The notes below the pieces were generated by a model. That model saw only the letters and a list, made by a program, of their open reading frames with translations. It did no database searches and was not told the DNA's origin. Positions 1-10,976 of a stretch of DNA of 64,000 bases are shown here, piece by piece; within the stretch, counting starts at the first letter, position 1, and each line of letters starts with the position of its first letter. The stretch covers positions 65,164,001 to 65,228,000 of the forward strand of contig CM052816.1 of assembly GCA_028534125.1 (NCBI GenBank), written 5' to 3'. This DNA comes from Lama glama (taxonomy: Eukaryota). The translations under genes and the position numbers were made by a program.

Positions 1-828
1 AGAATATACTGAATAGTCTAGATGACCAGTTGGAAGGGGAAAGTAATATTTGAGAAACATGCTTGAAAATTACTTTCATTGGGAAAGGTAGCTATTAGAC
101 TAAAGGTGGATAGCCATGGTTCAGAGTCTGGATTTCAAAATGTAACCCTGAAAAAGAAAAGAAGGGAAACGGGCTTATAGTAAAAATTGAATTAAGTTTA
201 ACTTTACTGAACACACGTGTAGATATAGACAGCTCTGAGATATCATCAACCACTCATAGTGGAACATTGCCGTTTTGTTTTTAAAGGCTCTCTATAGCAA
301 AATTCCTTTCTCCATCTAACTTTAACCTGTCCTGAAAGAATCAGAATCCCTAAGACTTCCTGGGGCTCAAAATAAGGCTATGTTCTATCCAAAGTGCTTT
401 GAAATTCTGACTAAATGGGAATGTCCAATAGGGTTTGGCTATACAAGTCTATCAGTCATTACTTACATGTACATCCTCCTGTAAGTTCCCAATGGGTAGA
501 CACGTCCTTGTGCTTAACGATTGCAGGAAGCAGGTGACTGTTGAGGACAGTGTTTCTGAACCTGAGATCTTTGGAAAGTTTTCCAGGAATCCTTGAATTC
601 CAAGAAATGGTGTGCAAAATTTTAATGGTTCCTTTGTGCATTCCCCTGGGGAATATATCTACAGCTCTCATTAGAGACTTAAAGGGACCTATAGGCTTTC
701 CCCTATATATCCTCCCCTCAGAAAAATAATTAGGAACTGATGTTTGGTGGTGGGAGGCAATAAAACAGCTTTTTGAACATCAGATGATTTGGATACATCA
801 TAGAAACTAGGCATCTAAAGAAACATCC

Positions 829-1330
829 TGTTGTAGCCAGCCTCCAAGATGGCCCCCAGTCATCCCTTTCACATTGTACCAGGGTTGATTTCTGTGACCA
901 AGAGAATACAGCAGAAGCAATGGTGTATCACCTCAGAGATTAGGTTATGGAAGACTGTGGCTTCTGTCTTGAGTGTTGTCTCTCTGATTGCTCACTCTGC
1001 GGGGAGGGAGCTGCCAAGTCATGAAGATGCTTAGACAGCCTATATGGAAGCCATTGTGGTAAGGCTTGGAGGACTCCTGCCAACAGTCAGTAAGGAACCA
1101 AAGACTGCCAACAACCAAGTGAGTGACTGTTGAAAGATTCCCTAGTCCCGGCTGAGCCCTGAGATGACTGGCAGCTTGATGGTAAGCTCCTGAATGTTGC
1201 TAAACCCCAACCACCCAGCTGGGCTCCTGCATTCATGATCCTCAGAAACTGTGTAAGATCATAGATGTTTGTTCTTTTAGGCAGCTACATTTGGGGAAAA
1301 TTTGCTACACAGCAATAGATACCTAATGCA
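829..1330 (+). mobile_element. MaLR solo LTR, MLT1F-type
   Basis: Starts TGTTGTAGCCAGCCTCCAAGATGGCCCCCAGT and ends TTTGCTACACAGCAATAGATACCTAATGCA, both typical MLT1 termini; ~500 bp. Confidence 0.85.
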
Positions 1331-2059
1331 CATTATCTTGACTAATCACTATAAAAGAAAAAGGAGTATATGAAAAATGATGTGTTTGTAAAATATCAAG
1401 CTTCCCTGTTAATGCTGGGGAGTTGGGTTTGGAAATAAGCATGTGCAAATCCCTTCTTTCCTCCTCTTGGTAAATAGTGCAGTGTGGCCATGCACAGCAA
1501 GCACTTGGGGACCGGTGTGATCCCCACAGCAAGGAACGACCCCAGGACAGAAACAAACAAGTTTTCTTTAAGTGATTTCTTTGTTTTCTTTTAAAAGGCA
1601 CCCACTTTCAAATATATCCTGGGGAAATCTTTCTTGTATTTCCTCCAAGCATAATCAATTCAACAGAGAATTCAGGCTTTGCCAGTGATCATGGGAGGTA
1701 CTTCTCATAGTCCTCCAGTAGACTTCACAGCTGTTAGTTTGCTGTAGCAGTGGCTTGCTTAAATGGTGGCCCACTTGAATGGTGCTTGTGCTGGTAGCAT
1801 TCTGTGAAGGAGAAACTTTCCACTTAGAATGGAAAGAGGAAGAATACAGCTCAATTCTGTGATTATTGGACATAGCAAAGAAATAATAAAAAACCCAATG
1901 AAATAAGCCCTGTTGCTTTCAGTGAAAGGAGCTTAATAAAATGGATAAATTCTCCCAACAGCAACAATTGTTATCTTTTTCGTGTTACCATTGTGGTTCC
2001 TTCTTTATTAGGAACCCAGCTGTTCCAGTTCTTGGGCCGCCAAGGGCATTTTTTGAAAA

Positions 2060-2300
2060 CAGTATTTTAAAACTGCGTAGGGACTCGTTAGTGAAATGTG
2101 CGATCAGTTGATTCAACCTTATTTTTAAATAAAATAGAATTTAAAATTTCAGAGTGTAACACATAATAAGGTAAGGAATTTCTTTTTTGGTTTAGCTTTT
2201 TTTTAGCCATATGTATATTTTTTATGTCTGTAGGTACTACATGAGATGTAAAATATATTTTTTACTGTGGCTTGTAGTCAAAATGCTTGAAAGCCATTAT
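2060..2300. mobile_element. Non-autonomous hAT-Charlie DNA transposon relic (MER112-like)
   Basis: Degenerate termini CAGTATTTTAAAACTGC...TTGAAAGCCATT; internal AAAATAGAAT...TCAGAGTG...GATGTAAAATATATTTTTACTGTGG resembles the recalled consensus. Confidence 0.6.
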
Positions 2301-4724
2301 CCTGTAGCATTTTGATTTTGGAAAAATATTTTTAAAATCCAGCTTTGGGGAAGATTTCAGTGATGGACTATTTTGTGAGGGGAGGCCTGGGCAGTGGTGG
2401 CAGTGCCACACAGGGATGGAATGGGTTTTCCCAAAGAAAATGAGTATTTTGCTCCCAGTTACTCTGCAAAATCCTTAGTCCTCAGGCAAGAAAAGAGGTG
2501 CCCTTTTGAAGAAGGGCAGAGTATACGGAGCAAGAGACTTTTTCCTTTTGTTGGTGTTGGGAGGATCTGAGACTTGTCTTTGAAACAGGGATTGAGTCGA
2601 TGTGGGTTCCAGCCATGTGGCAGTGGCCAGGACAAGTAGTACGTGTCCATCAGTGGCAGTGGTGGCTGGAGAGGGTGGCATGCTTGTAGAGCTTCCAGAA
2701 GGCACACCTCAGGCCCCCAAGCAAGTGCGGAGAGAAGCTGAGACTGACCTTTAGACCAAGGGAGTTGAGTTCCTCCCAGGAGCCTGAGCAGAGGGCACTG
2801 GCAGCAGAGCAGAGGAAGCTGAGTTTGAGAGTGGGGGTTATTCTCACAGAGCTAGCAAGGCCAAAGGACTGATGGGAATGTTCCAGAGCCCATGTGAGGC
2901 AGAACCCTAGAAAGTGCCAAAAAAGTACTGACTGGTGAGTCCTGGGGGCCAGGGTGGGTGGGGCCTTCTAGAGAAAAGCTAATTTCCAGCAAATGAGCTT
3001 GGGCTGGCATCAAGGAGTAGGCATTGGAGCCATTTTACGTGAACATACAGGTTCTGAACTTCATTCCCCTCCTCTCGGAGGCAGATCTCAGGGCAGACAG
3101 CAGAGCTGGGGTGATTCCTTAGTTAGCACTTGATGCTGAGAAATAAATATATAGACAGTCGTCTTCGAGGGTCAACCCAGCTGCATGGCCATCCGCATAA
3201 CTAAAAGAAGTCTCAGAGCTTATCGTGTTATCAGGAGCCTTTCTTTGGGTTGAGCGTTATGTTTTCCTTTAGACCTCTTTTAAGATGGAGCAGCCATGGG
3301 AGGAATAATACCGTTTATAATACGACTTTGTAGTAATAAGTGAATCAGATTCTTTCCTGAAGTGAGTTGAGTATCACAAAGTACTTGGTGGAGAAGGGAA
3401 AATGGTGAAGAAAAGGGTCAGTGAGGACATACTTTGCAGTTTTTCCAAGAGGCTGGCCTTGGTAATATGTTTGTGTGAATGCCTCTTTCTGAGCTTGGAC
3501 ACTGCAGCCCATCCATCAGGCTGTACCTGGGGGATGGTGGTGGTGGCAGTGGTTGGGTGTGGGGTAGGGGAGGGGAATATGAGACCAAGGGCAAAATTTT
3601 GCATGATGTGGAAGTAGACCATTCAGCCACACATACTTAACAGAATGTCTACTGCTAGGTGCAAAGTTCTGTGCTGAGCAATAAACATAATTACCCCCAT
3701 AATTTATAATCTAGTTGAAAAGGAGGACATATGTAGCGAAAGATGCCTGATAATAGAAGGCAAGTGAACATGTTATTTACATGATATTTAGAGAGGTTTC
3801 TAGTAGATTTTTCAGCATCAAATTCCATGATGTTGCATTTTTTTTTTCTGGACCCAATGCCAAAATATCTCAAATTCAGATCGTTCTTACTTCTGCTGGC
3901 AAAATGTAAACACCATTCATTCATGCATTTGTTCTTTCACCAACTAGACCCAGTACCAGCTATGAAGCCTCTATGTTAAGTATTTTGGGGGGAAGGATGT
4001 CTGGAAACTAGCATGCTCCAAACACCTCTCTACATGTAAAATTTTCAGATGAGAACAAGGTTGATTTGGGTCAAATGAGGTTCTTGAAGTAAAAGCAAAG
4101 TAATTGCAAATAAGCTACAACTCCATGGCTTGCAGTGGAAGCAATGTAGAAATGACCCTTCAGTAAATTAGAAGTGGTGAGGACTTTGGTAATTAAAGTC
4201 TCTTCCCTGCAGCTCGCCCAGCATTCAGGAAGCAAGGGTAGCTTTTATCAAGGGCTCATAAATAAACATAGAGCTTGCCAGTCCTTAGAGATGGAGGAGT
4301 CATCCTTGAGTGTGCTATGTGCAGGGCTCTGAGATAAGTGATGACCCTCTTGTCACCCTGATGGAGAATATATTAGCTTCTTTAGACCAAGAACTATAGT
4401 GATTTTAGCAGTACAATTATAAGGAGTGACTACCGGGACTTGCATAAACCAAGCTTATTTAAATAATGTTTCAGAAAGGAACATATGCTACTATTAAAGA
4501 GTCGTGATAGAACAACTGTAATCCCATAAGGTAAAGCTAGTTGAGAATATTCATGTTTGCTTTCAGATTGAGTCCATTATTTATGTGGAGTAATTAAATG
4601 CCTCTATAAGTTGTCTATTCCAGGGGAGACTCTTGAAACTCTTATTACTTTCATTCCCAAACTTGTTAGTTATCTCAAGATTGGGAGAATGCTAGTCGTA
4701 CATAAAGTCTGTGATGATATTGAA

Positions 4725-5100
4725 ATTGATTCAGTTAACTCACTGATCAGATTTCTTGAATGCCTGTTATATGCAGATTATACAGTTGGTACTGCATGAT
4801 GTATACATGTGGACAAGGGAAAACTTCTGTCTTTTAGGTGCTGAGATCTGATAAGAAAGAATCATGAATGTAAAGACATGCAGTTACAAAGTTGAGAAAG
4901 CAAAGGAGGATCAACTTAAGTTGGTGTGGTCGAGTGAGTGTATGAGTAAATGAACTGGAATTTGAGAAAAGGATGGAATTCTAGTTGTGTGAACACTGGG
5001 GAAGAGGGTCCTTCATGGAGAAGTAACAAAATGAATGAAGGCCAGGATTGAGGTAGAAAAAAGCTCATTAATGGAATAGTGGTGAGCACTTCAGAACAGC
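4725..5100 (-). mobile_element. L2 LINE 3' fragment
   Basis: ATTTCTTGAATGCCTGTTATATGCAG followed by purine-rich GAATTTGAGAAAAGGATGG..., typical of antisense L2. Confidence 0.6.
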
Positions 5101-5169
5101 CGGAGGCCATCTCACTGCTGTGCCCCATGGCTGTCCCTGTCTGCCTCGTCCTAGTCCCTCACAGCCCTG

Positions 5170-5650
5170 CCTACTGGAGAAAAAGTAGCAGTTTGCGCTG
5201 AGCAACAGTAAGCAAGGAAAGAAAAAGCTTTCCTCTTCCCAAGGAACAGGCGCATCTAATACGGGATTTCTGTTGGCAGTGCCTGAAGCCTATGGAGTTA
5301 ATTGGCACTTTAGTCAGCATGTGAGGGGTGAGAGAAGACATTTGGAAAGCAGTAGGCCTTCCAGCATTCCTCCAAATACGAGGAAGTGGGGCCAACAGCC
5401 CGCTCTCCCTAGTTTCTTTGAGTTTCAGTGTGTACAGAGGCCTTGCCTTACCTTTGCTCCCTGGAGAGGGCGGCTGCTACTGGGACGCTGCGGGGAGGAA
5501 CTTGGAATCTACTCCTGTGGTCAGCCAATCAGCGACCCAACGTTTTCAGAGGCTCCAGGGAGGAGCAAGGAGAGTGATCACTGCTGTAATATTCCAGGGT
5601 GGCTGCTGAGTCAGAAGAATAAACAAAATGCTTCAGAAGACAGACTATTT
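5170..5650. promoter_or_regulatory. Candidate enhancer or alternative promoter
   Basis: Non-repetitive and locally CpG-enriched; GAGGAAGT 5380-5387, TGTGGT 5516-5521, AGCCAATCAG 5523-5532, TGCTGAGTCA 5604-5613, AATAAACA 5618-5625. Confidence 0.45.
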
Positions 5651-5901
5651 CACATCTTTCTTGATTATCCTTTTATTCTCCCAGTTCTTACCACTCAGCC
5701 CACGAAACCCTCCTTCTTGATGTAATTTTTCTTATGTAATGTTTCTTATGTAAATGTCATGTCTTATTTAATGTTAGGAAAAGACTGATTTGGGATCATA
5801 TGGGTGCAAATTATATAAATGTGGCTGATAGTCTTTTTTTGATAGCAAGACAAACATCTTAATTACCTCTTAATATAAGCAGTTTTTTTTTTTCAATTGT
5901 T

Positions 5902-6071
5902 CCATGGTTCTCAACCCAGACTTCACATTAGAATTACCTGGTGGGCTTTAAAAAAAATCCCAGTTTCCAGGCTGCTTTCCGGTCAATTATACCAGGACCT
6001 TGGGATTAGGACTCAGTGTTCTTTACAGTTCTATGGGTGATTAGAGTGTGTAGCTAATGCTGACCACACTG
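5902..6071. mobile_element. MER5-family (MER5B-like) hAT-Charlie MITE
   Basis: CATGGTTCTCAACC...CACATTAGAATTACCTGG...GGTGATTAGAGTGTGTAGC...CACACTG; ~170 bp with degenerate TIRs. Confidence 0.8.
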
Positions 6072-6439
6072 TTCCTGAGGATGAATAATAAACCCAAACT
6101 GGTAGTGGGTAAAAATATATGTGCATCTAATGTGTAAGTAAGTATCAGATTATTAGAAGTTCTCAACAAATGTATTTCTACTTCTAAAATAGTCCCTTAA
6201 GAAGTGACCTCCATATATTTGATTTAGAGTGTTATTTTAGTGATGTCTTTCTGTTAGTAACGTGAAATATGTTGCATATAAACTTCTGGAAACCGTGGCA
6301 TTATTTACAAACATGCCAGAGAATGCAGCAGATTTTACAAAGGTTTATGAAAACAATATGCTTCATTTTTGTTAGTATAGAAACAGCTTCCAAATTAGCC
6401 TCCTGTTAAGAAGAAAGCCCAGAGAGTAGAAGCTAGAAG

Positions 6440-7060
6440 AGTCTGATTCCTTATTCACTCTCAGCTGTTGTGAGTCCCTTATTTCCAAAACCTATGCCAT
6501 CTTTGGCTGTTTTCTCTCTTGACCATGTGATCAAATGCAAGATCTGCTGCATCTATTTCCATTTTCCTTGTATACCTTCATCATTTCTCCATTTTCATGA
6601 TTACTATCCTAAATCAGACTCTTACTATCTTTTGCCTTGGTAATTGTCATACGCTCTGCACCTCATTTTTCTTATATGTAGCCTCCAGCCCAAAGATCTG
6701 AGGGTATCTTGACTTCACTCACCTACAGTGGTTCTCCACTGCCCACAGAAATAACACAACTCATCAGCCAAGCATTCAAGCTCTCTGTCATCTGGCCCCA
6801 GACCTGTTTTCCAAGGCCACTCCCTTTGTGCACGGTTATGTGGAACTCATCTAGCTGCTCAGTCGTCCCCAGATGTGGCTGTTTTTCCCTGCCATCAGGA
6901 CTGTTGCTCATGCTGGTGTTTCTGCCAATGCCCAAATCCTATCCAGTGTGGAAAGCTCAAATTTCATCTGCTTCACAAAACCCTGAACCTCACAGCTAAA
7001 AGTAATATTTTCCTACTGTGACTGCAGCACTTTATCTGGACCACTTTTTAAATATTTCTC
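6440..7060 (+). mobile_element. L2 LINE fragment
   Basis: Pyrimidine-rich degenerate L2 3' region (CAAGCATTCAAGCTCTCTGTCATCTGGCCCCAG...CAGGACTGTTGCTCATGCTG). Confidence 0.6.
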
Positions 7061-7069
7061 AAAAGCCCT

Positions 7070-7185
7070 TTAATCCTTCTGAGTCTCTTTTTACTTATTT
7101 GTAACAGGGAAACAATAATACCTCCCTAAAAGATGGCTTTTGAAGTAAATAAGATCATACATGTAAAAAGCCCAATACACAGTAG
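7070..7185 (+). mobile_element. MIR SINE fragment
   Basis: MIR core TTCTGAGTCTC...ATTTGTAACAGGGAAACAATAATACCT...CATGTAAAAAGCCC. Confidence 0.7.
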
Positions 7186-7204
7186 AAAGACTTTTTTTTC
7201 GATC

Positions 7205-7250
7205 TTTCCTTCCTTCTCTCTTTTTCCTTCCTTCCTTCCTTCCTTCTTTT
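7205..7250. repeat. (TTCC)n simple repeat
   Basis: Directly visible. Confidence 0.9.
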
Positions 7251-8229
7251 ATATATTTGCTTTCTTGTCCATTATATCTTTGTAATTTCCTTGTGGACAG
7301 GGTCCTGTGACTGATAAATTCTTGTTTTTTACACAATTCTTATGGTAAAGTTTTGTACATGTAAGCACTTGCTTACATGTTTGACATGAAAGGCTGCAGT
7401 ATTCCTGACTTGCTGTAGAGATTATAATTGAAGTTTAGAAGAAGAGATACAGATCAAATGTCCAATTATTACTTTGATAGCTGAATAGTAATAATAATTA
7501 TTACTATTAAGTTAAAATTATCCTATTTATTACCCCCAAATTTACTGAGGAAATCTTTATTATTTTGAGAAATCAGGAGTCAGCTTAGGTGAACTGATTT
7601 AGGTCAGACAGCTTCTAAGCATTAGGAATGGATTCAGACCAAGTTCTCTCCAGTTTGAAAGCACCTGTTACTCTAGCATTCCAGGATGGGTTAGATTCTC
7701 CCTAAGGTCATGTCTGCCTGGTGGCAATCATTTCAGATGGTCCTTCGTTTGTCACTATTATCTATGTCTCAGGCCACAGGAAGGCATGAAATAGACATGA
7801 CAGGAAGTTGGTGAGAAGAAATTCTGAACAGAGTGGCTAGGATTGGGTAGACCAGGTCCAAAGAGTAAAGGGAGTAAGCAGGCTCTGGTTATTACCCCAT
7901 CTGCATTCTTCCTGAGTTCACTTTCAAGACCTAAACCAACACCTGCTGTGGCTGCAACCTTAGGGCTGGCACAGGTCAGTGAGCCTTTAAAAGGCCAGCA
8001 TGGATTTCTACTTTTTCTCTTCCCCAGTTCACTTTCTGTTCATTCTTACTTTTCATGTGCTCAGTGGTTGCCTTCTCCCCAAGGGATCTTTGGCCCTAAA
8101 AAGCTAAATGTTTCTTTTGCCAGTGGTTATTTTCTGTGTCTCTGGTTCTCTTTTAGAGACTCTCCCTTTGATGTTGTTCCATGGGGTGTCCTTCCCTAGT
8201 TGCTGTTGAAGGAACAGGAGGTCCTGTTA

Positions 8230-8610
8230 CCACATCCTTACCTCCACCCATCACCCAAGATGGAGAAACATTTCTTTCTGAGGAATTTGGCTTTGGGACA
8301 CATTGATTTTACTCTCTTTAGTGGCCTTGACATGGGAGGGTCAATGTTTAGAGAGGGAAGAGAGTGAAACTGATGTGCCTGGGACACGTAGATGAGAGAC
8401 TGTGAGCTCCAGGGGAAAAAAGGAGACAGTGTATAGCTACCTTGATTCTTGACAGCTTTCTAGTTGGATTCTAATCCCACAGGAGGCTTAGCTGCTTCTC
8501 TAGCTCTGAGTTCTATAAACTAATCCTCTAACCTTTTAATAATTTCCTCCTTTCAGCTTAAGCTAACATGAATAGATTCTGTTTGTTACAGCCAAACAAT
8601 CCTCTGAGAG
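8230..8610 (+). mobile_element. Old ERVL/MaLR LTR remnant
   Basis: 3' end AATAATTTCCTCCTTTCAGCTTAAGCTAAC...TTCTGTTTGTTACAGCCAAACAATCCT resembles old MLT1/LTR33-type LTR ends. Confidence 0.5.
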
Positions 8611-8894
8611 TTAACTAATTTTTAAACCATTCTTAGAATTCAAGCTTAATTTGCTTTTGCTCAAGATAAGTCACTAATCTGTGTTGGGTACCTGTGATTC
8701 CATTCTTTATTAGGATCTATAGTTGACCTCTACGGTGTGTTTCATAGTCCTCAGTGTCTCTTCTACATAACTGCTTATTTATGGAGCTTCACCATTTTTA
8801 AAATATTTTGGTTGCACAGCAAACACATTTCACTTGATCTTTCAATTCTGTGATGGTACACCTAGGCCAACACTTCTATTCTTGGAGGTCACAC

Positions 8895-9045
8895 CTTTTC
8901 TTTCTTCCTTTCTTTTCCTTGCACCCCTCCCTCCCTCTTCCGCTTCCTCCCCTCCTTTCCTACCTTCCTCTTTTCTTTCTTACTTTCTGTCTCTCTCTCT
9001 CCTTCTTTTCTTCCTTCCTTCCTTCTTTCCTTTTTTCCTTCTTTA
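8895..9045. repeat. Polypyrimidine low-complexity tract
   Basis: ~150 bp almost entirely C/T. Confidence 0.9.
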
Positions 9046-9054
9046 TGATATCAG

Positions 9055-9230
9055 GGAGTGAAGAATTAGGGAGAACAGCATAGAATTGGAAACTAGACGG
9101 CATCCTTCATCCCACTTACTGAATCAACTGAGCCCAGTCACCTCACCTCTCAGGGTCTCACTTTAAGTAAAGTGAGGAAACTATACCCGTGTCTCTTCCA
9201 GCACGGAAATCCTGTGATTCAATGATTCTG
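9055..9230 (+). mobile_element. MIR3/MIRc-like SINE
   Basis: CAGTCACCTCACCTCTCAGGGTCTCA...CTCTTCCAGCAC...CCTGTGATTCAATGATTC tail. Confidence 0.6.
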
Positions 9231-10847
9231 TCCCCATTCTGGAATATAGTATGTAATGATAGAAATTACTGGAAAATTTGTTCAGAATACATGTTTTCAA
9301 ACTTATTTGACCATGAAATACTTTTTAAATGACTACATATTGGTAGAACACCAGCACTAGCTCATGGGATATAGTATGCACTTAGATTAAAGAGGACAAA
9401 AAATGGTCTATGGTAATTGCTGCTAGGAATGATGAAAAACAATTCCAATTTTAACTCGGTACAGGACCAAAACAATAATACAAATGAAATAGATTGTCAT
9501 TTTCATGTATATCAGGAAAAATTTTTAAAAGACAACAATAGCTGAAATAAGGTAGGTTACATAACAAAGAGCAATTAATTTTAAGAGGCAATGTGTATCA
9601 ATAAAACTAGCAGTTAGATACGACCGAAACATTGATGTTTAGATTCTACCTCATGCATTTATGATTCATTCAGTTTCCTGGGTTTCTTTCAATTTCTTCA
9701 ATGCAAATTCTTGCACGACAGTAATACTTACAGAAATCTCTTTAAATACATTAAGTATCTTTTAGAAGATGCAATGTTATTGGAAATTTTTTTCTTGGAA
9801 CACCTCAAGATTTTGCAGTTTGAGAAAAGCTGGCCTAGGTGAACCTAAATACCATATAGGTTTCCAGTAAGTAGCCAATTTTTCCCCTCCTCTTCCCTCT
9901 GTTACCCACATGCTTGTGTGCACAGTTATTAAATTAATTTATTCTCTTCTGGGCTTTTTTACTTTGTGACACTACATAGATTTTGTAGCAGTAAGTGTGG
10001 CACTGAAATTTTGCAGACATTGATGGTCCCCATATAGGTTTAATCTTACGTGACTACGTTATACCCCTTGAGAATAGTTTTGCTGTTTAAGGGATTTTCA
10101 CTGAAACTAGTATGTATGATTAATGTATAATGCCACCTATGAAGAACTTGGAATATGTACGTTAAAAGAATTATAATATGCACTTAATTACTGGTTTGTT
10201 TCTTTCATTTATCTTGAGGAAAACTTGATGGCTGTGGCATGGCCATTTTGTGACTAATCCCTCATGTAATAAATCTAAGCTTCAATTATCTTGAATGAAT
10301 TGATCTATTAAAGAAATCTTTTGGCTTAGTGCTGAACTACATTTCCTAGTCAAGGAGCCAAACATCATGAAGAAACTTCCATCAGTGTATAACAGCAGCT
10401 TCATCATTTCAGTGTTTTAAACGTCTACCTTCAGGGATAAATATATGGATCCTAGAAACATCAGAGCTTCCAAGATCTCATTGCAAATACTTGAGTGAGT
10501 AAGGGTGTACTAGGATGGAGAGATTGCTAATTTCCAAAGGTGGAATTACTGTGTTAAAATATAATGCTGCTTTCGGCAATAAAAGCCCTTCCTGGTACAA
10601 TTTCACTATCTTGAACAAAATTTTATTTGATCCATTAAAAACAAAAGGATGAATGTAGATGCCAACATTGCAGCAATAAGTAATAACTGGAAACATCTCC
10701 TTATAGCACTTGTTACTAGTATATTTTTCTTACCACTTATACTAATATTAATTATTGTGGTCTTAATATTGGCAACAGAGAGCAAATAGTGTGGTTTAGT
10801 GAAGTTGGGCTCACACTTGTAGGCATTCAGAAATGCATATTTTGAGG

Positions 10848-10869
10848 ACACACACACACTCACACACAC
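10848..10869. repeat. Interrupted (CA)n microsatellite
   Basis: Directly visible. Confidence 0.85.
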
Positions 10870-10976
10870 TTCAATTCAGTGGGAAACTGTGTTTAGTTCA
10901 AAGAACAATATGATCAACAATTTAAACTTATATGTGCATCTGTGTCTGCCTGAGTGTTGTAAGAAGGAAAATGATT

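Noticed and set aside
5273..5725. 150-aa ORF, the longest without Ns
   Set aside because: TTG start, no recognisable domain, no exon structure; explained by locally higher GC.
8834..9083. Hydrophobic Phe/Leu/Ser-rich ORFs
   Set aside because: Translation of a polypyrimidine low-complexity tract.
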